Below are positions 1 through 9,079 of a DNA stretch of 64,000 nt, in pieces. The position numbers and the translations under genes were made by a program. Location: positions 106,862 to 170,861 of the forward strand of contig WFSG01000032.1 in NCBI GenBank assembly GCA_015486075.1, read 5' to 3'. Positions within the stretch are counted from its first letter, which is position 1; each line of letters starts with the position of its first letter. This DNA is from Deltaproteobacteria bacterium. GTDB taxonomy: Bacteria; Desulfobacterota; Desulfomonilia; UBA1062. The notes under the pieces were generated by a model. The model did not search any database, was not told where the DNA came from, and saw nothing but the letters and a program-made list of their open reading frames with translations.

Positions 1-249
1 AGACAGATTGTCCTTGTCCCAGCACTCGATGTCAATGAAACTGAGTATCTTTTTCACAGGCATGTAGTGCAGGAGAATCTCGCTGTTGCCACCCCAGGAG
101 TTTTTTATGATAAAGTATAACTCCTGGTCAGGTAATGCATCTAACAGCATGCGGACATTTGGAGAGTTTATCAAGTGATCGGCCCGCTTATCCATACTCA
201 GGCTGAGCAACTGATTTATTTCATCCTGTATTGTGTCTGGTAGTCCCAT
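1..249 (-). CDS. DUF6178-like hypothetical protein, N-terminal part (runs off window start)
   Basis: Not in ORF track. My translation from ATG 249: MGLPDTIQDEINQLLSLSMDKRADHLINSPNVRMLLDALPDQELYFIIKNSWGGNSEILLHYMPVKKILSFIDIECWDKDNLS, open to position 1. The LPxQELYxxIK...DxxCWxxD pattern resembles deltaproteobacterial DUF6178. Confidence 0.65.
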   Translation of the reverse strand, partial: MGLPDTIQDEINQLLSLSMDKRADHLINSPNVRMLLDALPDQELYFIIKNSWGGNSEILLHYMPVKKILSFIDIECWDKDNLS

Positions 250-315
250 GACTATCTGGTTATCATATGTTAAGATGCGTGATCAAGCCTGGCCTGATCG
301 CACTTGGAATGTGCC

Positions 316-1599
316 TTATTCAAGTGGATTGAAGACAAGGCCAGTTGGTATCTTGGGATAAAAGTAAGTTGATTTGTGTGGCATTTTCAGGCCCTGTTTC
401 GCAACATTCATTATCTCTTGCATAGAGCTGGGGTTCATAAGAAAAGCAGCATCTGCATCTCCTTTTTCTACCATGCTAATTGCTTCCTCGGCCAGACTGG
501 TATACAGTATGCGGCCTTGGCTGACAAGGTTGTCGATTCCAAGGATTGGTTCAATTATACACTCGTGGAGGATAGTGACATCCAGTTTCCTGAGTAATGG
601 ATGCATGCTCGCCGGCATGTACTTGTCTATTGCCTCCTCATCAATGGGTTTTAAAAGGTAGTATCTAGGTATGCCTGATACTAGCAGTCCAAAATGTCCC
701 TTGCCACTTTTTTTAAGCATATTGAGGAAGGTATTCCTATTGTCATAAGGTATCATATTAAAGAGTTCTTTTATCCTGTACTCGAAGTCTACAAGGCCTA
801 TGCCCATGCTGTCCACTATCACCCTGTGTGTTGGGAGTATGCTGAGTTCTTCATCTATGTTTGCAAGGTACATCATAACATAGTCAAATGGCTGTAGCCC
901 ATCTTTTTTGCCTGTGACTGTTCTCATACGATCGCGATAGGTCTTTGCTGTCTCATAACGGTGATGGCCGTCCGCTATGAGTATGGTCTTATCAATTAGC
1001 ATGGAGGAGACCATGTCTATTATCTCGGGAGAGTCTATTATCCATACTCTATGCGATTCACTAGATACATGGAACTCCACATGGGGTTCTTCTAAAGGAG
1101 GTTTTATTAGCGATGTAATCATCCTTGAAGGATCTGAATAGATCCCGAAGATAGGGCTAAAGTTGGCTTTTACCTCGGTGAGCAGACGAAGGCGGTCAAG
1201 CTTTGGGCCCTTGTATGTATTTTCATGGGGGAGTATATCTTTCTTCTTGCCTTCACTGAGTCGTACAGTTACAATAATACCCGACCTTGTGTAAGATCTT
1301 TCACCTATTGTATAGCTATGTTCATGGTAATATATGCTAGGTGACTGATCCCTTATGAGTACCCCCTCTTTTTGCCATTTAATCCAGAGTTCCCTTGCAC
1401 GCGTGTAGCGGTTATTAGTCTTTGAATCCCTGGAGTGCTGTTTGCCGAGTATAAGCCTTATGGCGTTGTATGGGTCTTTGGAGTGTAATTCTTCGCTCTG
1501 CTCTGGAGTTATTACATCATAGGGTGGGCATATCACGTTCTTCATTTCAACTCGGTTAGGATTATACCTAACTCCCCTGAAAGGCCTTATCTGTGGCAT
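316..1599 (-). CDS. DUF1015 family protein
   Basis: IRPFRGVRY, CPPYDVI, ILPHENT, IADGHHRYET, ILPTHR and KSTYFYPK motifs. Start moved to ATG 1599, which follows an AAGGAG SD. Confidence 0.9.
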   Translation of the reverse strand: MPQIRPFRGVRYNPNRVEMKNVICPPYDVITPEQSEELHSKDPYNAIRLILGKQHSRDSKTNNRYTRARELWIKWQKEGVLIRDQSPSIYYHEHSYTIGERSYTRSGIIVTVRLSEGKKKDILPHENTYKGPKLDRLRLLTEVKANFSPIFGIYSDPSRMITSLIKPPLEEPHVEFHVSSESHRVWIIDSPEIIDMVSSMLIDKTILIADGHHRYETAKTYRDRMRTVTGKKDGLQPFDYVMMYLANIDEELSILPTHRVIVDSMGIGLVDFEYRIKELFNMIPYDNRNTFLNMLKKSGKGHFGLLVSGIPRYYLLKPIDEEAIDKYMPASMHPLLRKLDVTILHECIIEPILGIDNLVSQGRILYTSLAEEAISMVEKGDADAAFLMNPSSMQEIMNVAKQGLKMPHKSTYFYPKIPTGLVFNPLE

Positions 1600-1769
1600 G
1601 CAACAACTCCTTATCTGATTAGTTGTGGGTTCAAAAACAAGAACCACGTATGTTTACTACATAAATGAATCAGAATTCAATACCCATTTGATCCATGTTG
1701 GATAGCACAGCTAAAGTCTTGAATTAAGTTTAAAGTTTTGGCTCCTCGTTCCCGATCAACTGCATTGGT

Positions 1770-3140
1770 ATGGCATATATACTCGTAGTGGAAGATGACA
1801 TAGAACTCGGACAGGTTTTATTACGCCAACTTAGGGAAAAAGGGCATGATGTAGAGTTGGTGGGGGACGCAGAAGCGGCTATAGCGAGGACTAATAGGTA
1901 TATATACGACCTGATATTAACGGACCTAAAACTTCCAGGGATGGATGGTATTGAGCTATTGAAGAGGATAAAGGCCCTAAATACCACTACCATCGTGATT
2001 GTAATGACGGGTTATGCATCCGTAGACACAGCTGTGATAGCGATGAAGACGGGTGCACAGGACTTCATCCAGAAGCCTTTTGGCTTTGATGACTTGATTC
2101 GCAAGATAGATGATGCGCTGGCTATAAGGAGGCTAAAAAATGAGGTGGACTACCTTCGACACCGCCAGACTGATATCATCTATAGGACTTCTGATATAAT
2201 CGGCGTGAGCAAAGAGTTAAAACATGTTTTGAATATGGTAACCAAGGTGGCTGGATCAGATTCCACTGTGCTCATAACAGGTGAAACAGGCGTTGGAAAA
2301 GGTCTGATCGCGGGTGCTATACATCACAATTCACCTAGGTCTGAGAACAACTTCGTACAGGTTAATTGTGCTGCTTTGCCTCAAAATCTTCTCGAAAGCG
2401 AGCTTTTTGGTCATGAGAAAGGTGCTTTCACTGGTGCTGTAAAGGTAAGGATAGGGAGATTCGAGCAGGCAAATATGGGGACCATTTTTCTAGATGAGAT
2501 AGGTGATATGGACCTGTCTTTGCAGGCAAAGGTGCTTAGGGTGCTGGAGGATAGGGAATTTGAACGTCTTGGAGGAAACAGAACCATAAAAGTTAATGTA
2601 AGGGTGATAGCAGCTACTAACAAGGATATAGTAAGCCTTGTTAAGGATGGTAGCTTCAGGGAAGATTTGTATTATAGGATAAATGTTTTTAACATACACA
2701 TACCACCGATAAGGGTACGGAAGGATGATATAGGACCCCTTGTACATTACTTTATCAAGAAGTATTCTATCGAGTTCAATAAGCCTGTTTCTGACATCTC
2801 GCCTGTGGCACTTAACATCATGATGCGCTACGATTGGCCTGGTAATGTAAGGGAGATAAGAAATTGTATTGAAAGGGCTGTGCTTTTGGCTGAATCAGAT
2901 ACAATAACACCGGCAGAGCTTTCCATAGTTAATGCTAATCAGGTAGATGATGATATAGATCAAGAATCCAGCCTTTCTTCGCTAGAGCTCAAGGAAAAGG
3001 AAATGATTCTTGATGCATTGGAAAAGAGCGATTGGATACAGAAAGATGCCGCTGCAATGCTTGGGATCAGCAAGAGAGTGATCCATTACAAGATCAAAAA
3101 GTACGGGATAACCCATCCAAGGTGGATCAAGAACAGATAA
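1770..3140 (+). CDS. Sigma54-dependent response regulator (NtrC/AtoC family: REC-AAA+-HTH)
   Basis: VVEDD and TDLKLPGMDG receiver motifs, GETGVGK, ESELFGHEKGAFTGA, FLDEIG, WPGNVRE, and a Fis-type HTH. Confidence 0.95.
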   Translation: MAYILVVEDDIELGQVLLRQLREKGHDVELVGDAEAAIARTNRYIYDLILTDLKLPGMDGIELLKRIKALNTTTIVIVMTGYASVDTAVIAMKTGAQDFIQKPFGFDDLIRKIDDALAIRRLKNEVDYLRHRQTDIIYRTSDIIGVSKELKHVLNMVTKVAGSDSTVLITGETGVGKGLIAGAIHHNSPRSENNFVQVNCAALPQNLLESELFGHEKGAFTGAVKVRIGRFEQANMGTIFLDEIGDMDLSLQAKVLRVLEDREFERLGGNRTIKVNVRVIAATNKDIVSLVKDGSFREDLYYRINVFNIHIPPIRVRKDDIGPLVHYFIKKYSIEFNKPVSDISPVALNIMMRYDWPGNVREIRNCIERAVLLAESDTITPAELSIVNANQVDDDIDQESSLSSLELKEKEMILDALEKSDWIQKDAAAMLGISKRVIHYKIKKYGITHPRWIKNR

Positions 3141-4995
3141 TATCCATGTACACGGATGTGATATCAGGGTCTATAATATGTTGCTCAGATAACCTTTTTA
3201 ACTCATCGACAGCGCTTTCATGTGGCAGGCCCTGGCGGTAAAGCCTTGGCGAGGTAATGGCGTTGAATGTATCCACTAATCTGTATGCCCTAGCGCCCAG
3301 TGGGATCTCTTCGCCTTTCAGTCCCCTTGGATATCCGCTTCCATCTAAGTTCTCATGATGATATTCGACAATTTCTCGGTCAAGGTCTAATAATATTGGT
3401 AAGTCCTTTATCATTGAAGATGAGATTATGGGATGTTTCCTTATGCTGGATGTATCGAAGTAACCCACCTTTGTCTTTGTGAACAAGGATGTGGGTATAC
3501 CTAGGTAGCCTATATTAGCGGCCAGAGACGATATTGCCCACCTGTTAGCAACCGGTTCTTTCATGCCAAGCTTTTTTGCAAGCGTATACATGTGGTCGGA
3601 AACCCTTAAGGAATAACCCATTGGATAGGCTGCCCTGATGTCAGATAGGAGTGAGGCAATGATCATTATAGATGTGTACCAGTTGCGTATGTCATTGTCT
3701 AACCTTTCTGCCACTGCCCATGCAGGTGTTAAGTAGGTGACGATCCAGCCATACACCTCATCGGATAGACCTTTTATGAGGAGGTAGCCCATGATTTTGT
3801 TTTCCCACTTTATTACTCTTCCGGGCGGATGCTCTTTTATAGATATCTCCGACGCCTGAGTTTGTAGCTTTATAATATTTAGTAAGCTGTTCAATTCATT
3901 AATGGTAGGCACCGAGCACAGTAATCTTTTTACCTCGAGCTCCAGTGATTGGTTTAGTGGGTCCATTATGCCAGTGTCACTGAAGGATACACAGTCTGAT
4001 CCGTTTTTCTTGGCATGGGATAAAGACTGGATTACTGCGTTGTGAAGTGCCCTCGAGTCCTGAGCCTCAATAGGGAAGGTAGCGATTCCAGATAGTATAT
4101 TGTTAGATGTGCCTTCTCCAAGGCTATGCATGGCATTCTTCACCACGGCCTTTGCCTGGTTCGTAGAACATCCTGGTAGTATAACGAAGAAGCTGCTTTC
4201 GTCGTACCTGATGACCTTGTCGTAGCACCTGAGATTTGCCTTTAGTTTTTTTGCAAGTAGCTTGAGTGTTCGTGCCCCAGCGTTCGTATCAAGCGAAAGG
4301 CCGAACTTATATAGATCCCTAATTGCGATAAGTGCAACACTCAACTCGTACGACAACCTTCTTGCCTGCTCTTCATACTGGTGCAGGATATCAAGTATAA
4401 TACTTTTTTGGGGTGTATCTATTCGGATATCCAGGGTGTTGTCTATGGACTTGCCGAACTCAAGGGAATCTATAAGGGCTTTCTCGGAGTACAGTATTAG
4501 GTTTTTTGTAAGAACAAGATCGTCGAAATTAAAAGGTCTACCCTTTTTTCGGTATAGTTCGACACAACCTATGCTTCTTGTGTCTATGTATATGGGAAGG
4601 CCTATCATGGATGAGAAATCTAGGGGAAATTCCTCTTTGGGGATGTCTAGTGTATTGGAATCTGTGATAAGAAGTGGTTGCATGGTATCTCTTAAGAATT
4701 TTGTAAACATATTGCCGGTTTCTATATTGGAAGGTATTCTTTCTTCTATGCCCCTACAGAACCAGCGTTTCCTCGGTTCCCAGATATAAAGCAAACCAGT
4801 ATCATAGGGGACAATACGCTCAAGCAGATAGAAAAAGATATCTGGCAATTTATCTATGCTGATGTCTAGACTGGTTACGAGGGCAGCCTGGAAAAGTTGC
4901 TGGACTTCTTCGGGATTCTTCTTGATTATCCCTGGTGATAGTTCTAGGGGCTTATCAACACTAAAAGGAAAAAGTTTTCTGTTATTATACCACAC
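3127..4995 (-). CDS. GAF + degenerate GGDEF + degenerate HD-GYP protein (probable c-di-GMP receptor)
   Basis: GAF-like N-terminus (SMIGLPIYIDTRSIGCVEL), LRCYDKVIRYDESSFFVILP, and HHENLDGSGYPRGLKGEEIPLGAR. The HD dyad is replaced (SSLAANIG). Confidence 0.75.
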   Translation of the reverse strand: MWYNNRKLFPFSVDKPLELSPGIIKKNPEEVQQLFQAALVTSLDISIDKLPDIFFYLLERIVPYDTGLLYIWEPRKRWFCRGIEERIPSNIETGNMFTKFLRDTMQPLLITDSNTLDIPKEEFPLDFSSMIGLPIYIDTRSIGCVELYRKKGRPFNFDDLVLTKNLILYSEKALIDSLEFGKSIDNTLDIRIDTPQKSIILDILHQYEEQARRLSYELSVALIAIRDLYKFGLSLDTNAGARTLKLLAKKLKANLRCYDKVIRYDESSFFVILPGCSTNQAKAVVKNAMHSLGEGTSNNILSGIATFPIEAQDSRALHNAVIQSLSHAKKNGSDCVSFSDTGIMDPLNQSLELEVKRLLCSVPTINELNSLLNIIKLQTQASEISIKEHPPGRVIKWENKIMGYLLIKGLSDEVYGWIVTYLTPAWAVAERLDNDIRNWYTSIMIIASLLSDIRAAYPMGYSLRVSDHMYTLAKKLGMKEPVANRWAISSLAANIGYLGIPTSLFTKTKVGYFDTSSIRKHPIISSSMIKDLPILLDLDREIVEYHHENLDGSGYPRGLKGEEIPLGARAYRLVDTFNAITSPRLYRQGLPHESAVDELKRLSEQHIIDPDITSVYMDIICS

Positions 4996-5052
4996 CCCTC
5001 ACACCCACTTTCACCTGAAGGCAGTCATTGTGACACACCCTTGGCGTAAAGA

Positions 5053-5172
5053 TCAGGATTGAACGCTATCCCAGTATGCTTCGAACTCTCTGCAGGCCTT
5101 CTTTAGGGCACTGATTGTCCTGATGCCCATCCTTTCGAGTTCTTCGAGGATCTCTCTACGAGTAAGTTTCAT
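5053..5172 (-). CDS. Small hypothetical protein, 39 aa (MKLTRREILEELERMGIRTISALKKACREFEAYWDSVQS)
   Basis: ATG 5172 follows GGGGG. It lies just downstream of a sigma54 promoter; the longer track ORF would run through that promoter. Confidence 0.55.
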   Translation of the reverse strand: MKLTRREILEELERMGIRTISALKKACREFEAYWDSVQS

Positions 5173-5220
5173 CGAAACCCCCATCTCCTGATCTTTATTT
5201 TTCTTTATTGTTTTAAGCAA

Positions 5221-5236
5221 AGCAAAGTTAATGCCA
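5221..5236 (-). promoter_or_regulatory. Sigma54 -24/-12 promoter
   Basis: Minus strand TGGCAT-TAACT-TTGCT matches TGGCAY-N5-TTGCW. Confidence 0.8.
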
Positions 5237-5251
5237 TAGTAAGCCTTATTA

Positions 5252-5264
5252 TAATGCATTGATT
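5252..5264 (-). promoter_or_regulatory. IHF binding site
   Basis: Minus strand AATCAA-TGCA-TTA matches WATCAR-N4-TTR exactly, just upstream of the sigma54 element. Confidence 0.65.
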
Positions 5265-5406
5265 TCATTGTTTTATTATGATGAGAAAAAATTATGGTTC
5301 AGAAATTTACAAATTCGAGCACAAAATGGGAAATAATTGGTAACTTATTGGGTAAGTTTTTTCCATCAGGCAAGATAAAATTTTCTACTATGATTTTGTT
5401 TTGACC

Positions 5407-6933
5407 CTAATAATGATCAGTTCTGATACCCATAAGCCATGCACATGTGAAGTATATTAAGGCTCCACCAAGGATAGACGCGACTAGGAATGAAAGACTA
5501 GCAATGGTTAATCCCTTCTTCCAGAAATGGACATGCACAGCTGGTATTAGGCATATGAGCATAATTATTCCTGATATAGACATCTTTGCCAGTCTAATGT
5601 ATGAACTTGCCGAGATGACGACTCCTCTTCTGTGTAGGAGGTATTGAAGGATAGCAACCTGTATTACAACTGATAGAGATGTGGCAAGTGCCAGTCCAAC
5701 ATGCCCCATGTATGGCATCAGCGCGAGACTCAACACAAGGTTAATACCAAGGGTAATCCAAGCCACCTTGACCGCTGTACCCGCGTTTTGCATGGCATAA
5801 AACGCCTGGGTGAGTATTCTTGATATACCTATTGCCCACAGACCAAGGGCATACATCCTTAAGGCCTTTGCAGTAAGTAGGGCGTCGACCTGTTGGAATT
5901 CTCCCCTTACAAAGAGGAGTGATACTATGGGTTCGGCTAGGACAAAAAGTCCAATGGATGAAGGGACAGTGAAAAAAAGTATGGTGTCAGTTGCCTTTTC
6001 CACAAGGCTAGACATCTCCTTCATCTCAACCCTGGCAGATGCCTGGCTCATCACTGGGAGCATGACATTACCCACGGCAAAGGCAAATATACCGAGTGGC
6101 AGTTCTACTAACCTGTTAGCATAGTAAAGGTAGGACACGCTCCCACGAGGAAGGAAAGATGCAAGGATCGTCCCAGTAAGTACGTTTATCTGGTATACAG
6201 AGGCTCCTATAGCTGCTATACCCATGAGTTTTAGGACCTGCTTTACCCTATTGTCCATGAAATTAAAGGAGGGTCTTATGGGTACCTTGTGCGATCTTAA
6301 GGGGCCTAGTTGTAGTACTATTTGCATAAGTCCGCCCAAGAGCACTGACCATGCAAGTGCATCCGCAGCCGTTTTAAAGAAGGGTAAAAGTATATAGAAG
6401 AAGATAGGGATGCCTATCATGGAGATGTTCAGTAGTATTGGGGCTGCTGCCGGTGCAGCAAAGTGCCCAAGTGAGTTAAGTATACCCATGAATATAGCCA
6501 CGATGCTTACAAGTAGTATGTAAGGAAACATGATCCTGGTAAGGTGCAGGGCAACGTTGAATGTATTCGTGTTGACAAAACCCGGGGCTATGGCGGTTAC
6601 TATGGCAGGGCTTATTATCTCGCCGGTTATGACTATAAGTCCTAGGGTAATAACCATGAGTGTTAAGATCTTTCTGGACAGAAGAAAAGCCCTATCCATG
6701 CCTTCCTTCTCCATAGTCTCGTTGAATACGGGTACAAATGCTACGTTGGTTGCGCCTTCTGCGAGTAACCTTCGAAGGAGGTTCGGAATCCTGAAGGCCA
6801 CGAAGAATGCGTCTGCTATTGGTCCTGCACCTATAAGCCAGGCAATTACCGCGTCTCTTAAGAATCCTAGACCTCTGCTGAAGGCCGTAAGTGTTCCCAC
6901 CAGGGCTATGTTTTTATTGACCTTATGATTCAT
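5407..6933 (-). CDS. murJ: Lipid II flippase MurJ (MviN)
   Basis: SRGLGFLRD, ADAFFVAFRIPNLLRRLLAEG and YYANRLVELPLG motifs; polytopic membrane protein. Confidence 0.95.
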   Translation of the reverse strand: MNHKVNKNIALVGTLTAFSRGLGFLRDAVIAWLIGAGPIADAFFVAFRIPNLLRRLLAEGATNVAFVPVFNETMEKEGMDRAFLLSRKILTLMVITLGLIVITGEIISPAIVTAIAPGFVNTNTFNVALHLTRIMFPYILLVSIVAIFMGILNSLGHFAAPAAAPILLNISMIGIPIFFYILLPFFKTAADALAWSVLLGGLMQIVLQLGPLRSHKVPIRPSFNFMDNRVKQVLKLMGIAAIGASVYQINVLTGTILASFLPRGSVSYLYYANRLVELPLGIFAFAVGNVMLPVMSQASARVEMKEMSSLVEKATDTILFFTVPSSIGLFVLAEPIVSLLFVRGEFQQVDALLTAKALRMYALGLWAIGISRILTQAFYAMQNAGTAVKVAWITLGINLVLSLALMPYMGHVGLALATSLSVVIQVAILQYLLHRRGVVISASSYIRLAKMSISGIIMLICLIPAVHVHFWKKGLTIASLSFLVASILGGALIYFTCAWLMGIRTDHY

Positions 6934-6951
6934 GCATGTATGGTTCTATCT

Positions 6952-7665
6952 CTAGTTTATATTTCTCTGCACATGTGCATAGATGTGCACCACAACCTTT
7001 GAAGGATAATCTAAGTCCGTTTTGAAGACCGCTGCCCCGTAAATGAAGCCGTTCTTTACCAACTTTGGTTTGAATGTAAGCGTAAAGGTCTTTATACCAC
7101 CTGGAGAAAGTACAAAGGGTCCTACATGGTTCAATTCTATTTGCGTGAAGGGGGTGATTGTCATATTGGTTACTTGTATCGTTTTCTTGCCTTTGTTCAG
7201 AAGTGTTATTGTCTTTTTATATTCCTCACCTTCAAGGACCGTCCCAAAGTTGATATACTTAGGGTTTACAACCAGGGTCTCGATGACCTTCATGCTTATA
7301 CGTAGACTTATATCCTTTGCCGAGGGATCATTTGTGTGGACATGAATAACCTTTCTTAGAATTCCCTTTCTGTTCCTTGTTGAGACCTTAACCCTTATCC
7401 TTGTGTATTTCCCACTTGCTATTACATGCCCTCCCGGGACATCTATGGAGACTCCTCATGTATGTCCAATATCAAGGATGAGTGGTTTGTCACCTGTGTT
7501 CTTGATAGTAAACTCGTGAATTACGACCTTACCCTGGGGGATGATGCCTGCGTAGAAGTCTCTGTGATGGATGACGGCATGTGGAGCAGCAGACGCGATG
7601 GTAGCCAAAAATAGAAATAGAAGAGACAAGGTAAAGCATATTGTGTAACCTTTTCTGTAAACCAT
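6952..7665 (-). CDS. Exported DUF1573 (Ig-like) domain protein with in-frame UGA, probable selenoprotein (Sec70)
   Basis: Track ORFs 7456-7683 and 6952-7293 are in the same frame and separated only by TGA 7456-7458. Read-through gives HEFTIKNTGDKPLILDIGHT-U-GVSIDVPGGHVIASGKYTRIRVKVSTRNRKGILRKVIHVHTNDP, an intact DUF1573 pattern. There is a GGAGG SD and a signal peptide. Confidence 0.75.
7423..7445 (-). promoter_or_regulatory. Putative bacterial SECIS hairpin
   Basis: +11 to +33 after UGA: UAG-AUG(U)CCC-GGGA-GGGCAU-GUA. The stem has a bulged U at +17 and a G-first GGGA apical loop. Confidence 0.6.
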
Positions 7666-7933
7666 GCGAACACCTCCATACATAACATGGTATATCTGGA
7701 TTATTATGTATTCCGCGATTGTTTGTCAAAGTATTAAAATGTGTTGCTATTGAACAAAGGTCGTTTTGTTATTACTTGAAGGCTGGATTAAATGTTTTTT
7801 TATTTTTTTTATATCGAGAGTTTTATCCTTAACACGATTTGCCGTATAGTTCTTAAGATACACCCTGAAGCTAGGACAGACAATGGGAGGATATGGTTGA
7901 CTTTTCTTTGCCTAGATAATACTCTATGTCTCC

Positions 7934-9079
7934 ATGAGAGGTAAGCTTGAATATCCAAGCGGGCTGATAGAGCTGGTATCGGTAGAAGTGGAGATGATTG
8001 ATCCTGAATACAGGGAATTATGGCTCGGATATAACTACACTTGCCCGGGTGGTGAGTACAAGTCGACCATGGTAATACCCATTACTGATTCAGTTGGCAT
8101 GGCTCATCATTTCTTCGAAGAGCTGGTGGAAGAAGCTAGGCGTTTGTCAGAGATAGACGGAGGATATTCAGAAGGTCCGGGCTTTTTCCTTTCGAACAAG
8201 TCAGGTACGTTTTTCCTGATAAAGAATCTATGCCAGCAGGTAATAAATGTTCTCTCAATGGAGGGTCCATTGGAAGAAAATAGACTTTACATTGACCTAA
8301 GCACAACAGGTATACATTTCAAGGACCCAGCCAAGAGCCTAACTGGAATGGACTTTGATCAAAGGCTCAAGGTCTTTATGACAAGGGCAAAGGAAAAGAT
8401 ATCTCAGGGGTTTTATACTCTGGCTGCAGATGACCTTGAGAAGGCAAGGGCACTATGTTCTAACAGCCCGATAGTTTATAAGTTGCTTGGTATCTGTCAC
8501 AGGGAGCTAGGTCACCTAGATCTTGCCTTGGAGATGTTCTCAAAGGCCATGGACATAGATGACAGGGATAAGGACACGTTTCTTTACCTGGAAGAAACAG
8601 GATTTTTCCTGGATGACATGGAGTTTTGCGAGAATATACTGGAAGAGATGCTAAGCCTGTATCCTGATGATATAAGGGGGCTTGTAGAGCTCGCTAATGT
8701 AAGGTACCAGATGGGTAGGGATTACGTGGATATACTGGACAAGGCATTTTCTATTGATAGCAAGGAGACAAAAGAGGTTATCCTGCAGACCTTTGTCTTC
8801 AAGCGTTCCAAGAGCCATAACCCCGATCCAAAGTTGATTTCAGCTAGGGATGTCTCGACCATAATGGGTGTGTCCCTTGAGACTATCAAGGGCCTTGTGA
8901 AGTTGAACAGAATACCTTCAAGGGAGACAGAGGAAAGAAGTGGTTTTGTGTTTGATGAGGATGAGCTCAAGGCTTGGATTGACGTGTACACTAGATATGG
9001 GCTAATGGACAATGAGATCGAAAGAGCTACAGATAAATTCAACGGGAATTCAGATCAAGGCATGGCTCTTCTCACCTGA
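7934..9079 (+). CDS. TPR-repeat protein with C-terminal excisionase-like HTH
   Basis: TPR helices (VYKLLGICHRELGHLDLALEMFSKA). The C-terminal LISARDVSTIMGVSLETIKGLVKLNRIP...FVFDEDELKAWI resembles HTH_17. Confidence 0.65.
   Translation: MRGKLEYPSGLIELVSVEVEMIDPEYRELWLGYNYTCPGGEYKSTMVIPITDSVGMAHHFFEELVEEARRLSEIDGGYSEGPGFFLSNKSGTFFLIKNLCQQVINVLSMEGPLEENRLYIDLSTTGIHFKDPAKSLTGMDFDQRLKVFMTRAKEKISQGFYTLAADDLEKARALCSNSPIVYKLLGICHRELGHLDLALEMFSKAMDIDDRDKDTFLYLEETGFFLDDMEFCENILEEMLSLYPDDIRGLVELANVRYQMGRDYVDILDKAFSIDSKETKEVILQTFVFKRSKSHNPDPKLISARDVSTIMGVSLETIKGLVKLNRIPSRETEERSGFVFDEDELKAWIDVYTRYGLMDNEIERATDKFNGNSDQGMALLT

Noticed and set aside
5000-5055. Sec read-through of the 39-aa ORF's TGA, or a c-di-GMP riboswitch before the HD-GYP gene
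   Set aside because: Another in-frame TGA follows shortly, and I could not recognise a SECIS or GEMM motif.
7426-7729. Alternative short ORFs 7426-7614 (+) and 7529-7729 (-)
   Set aside because: They overlap the better-supported DUF1573 frame and carry no motifs.
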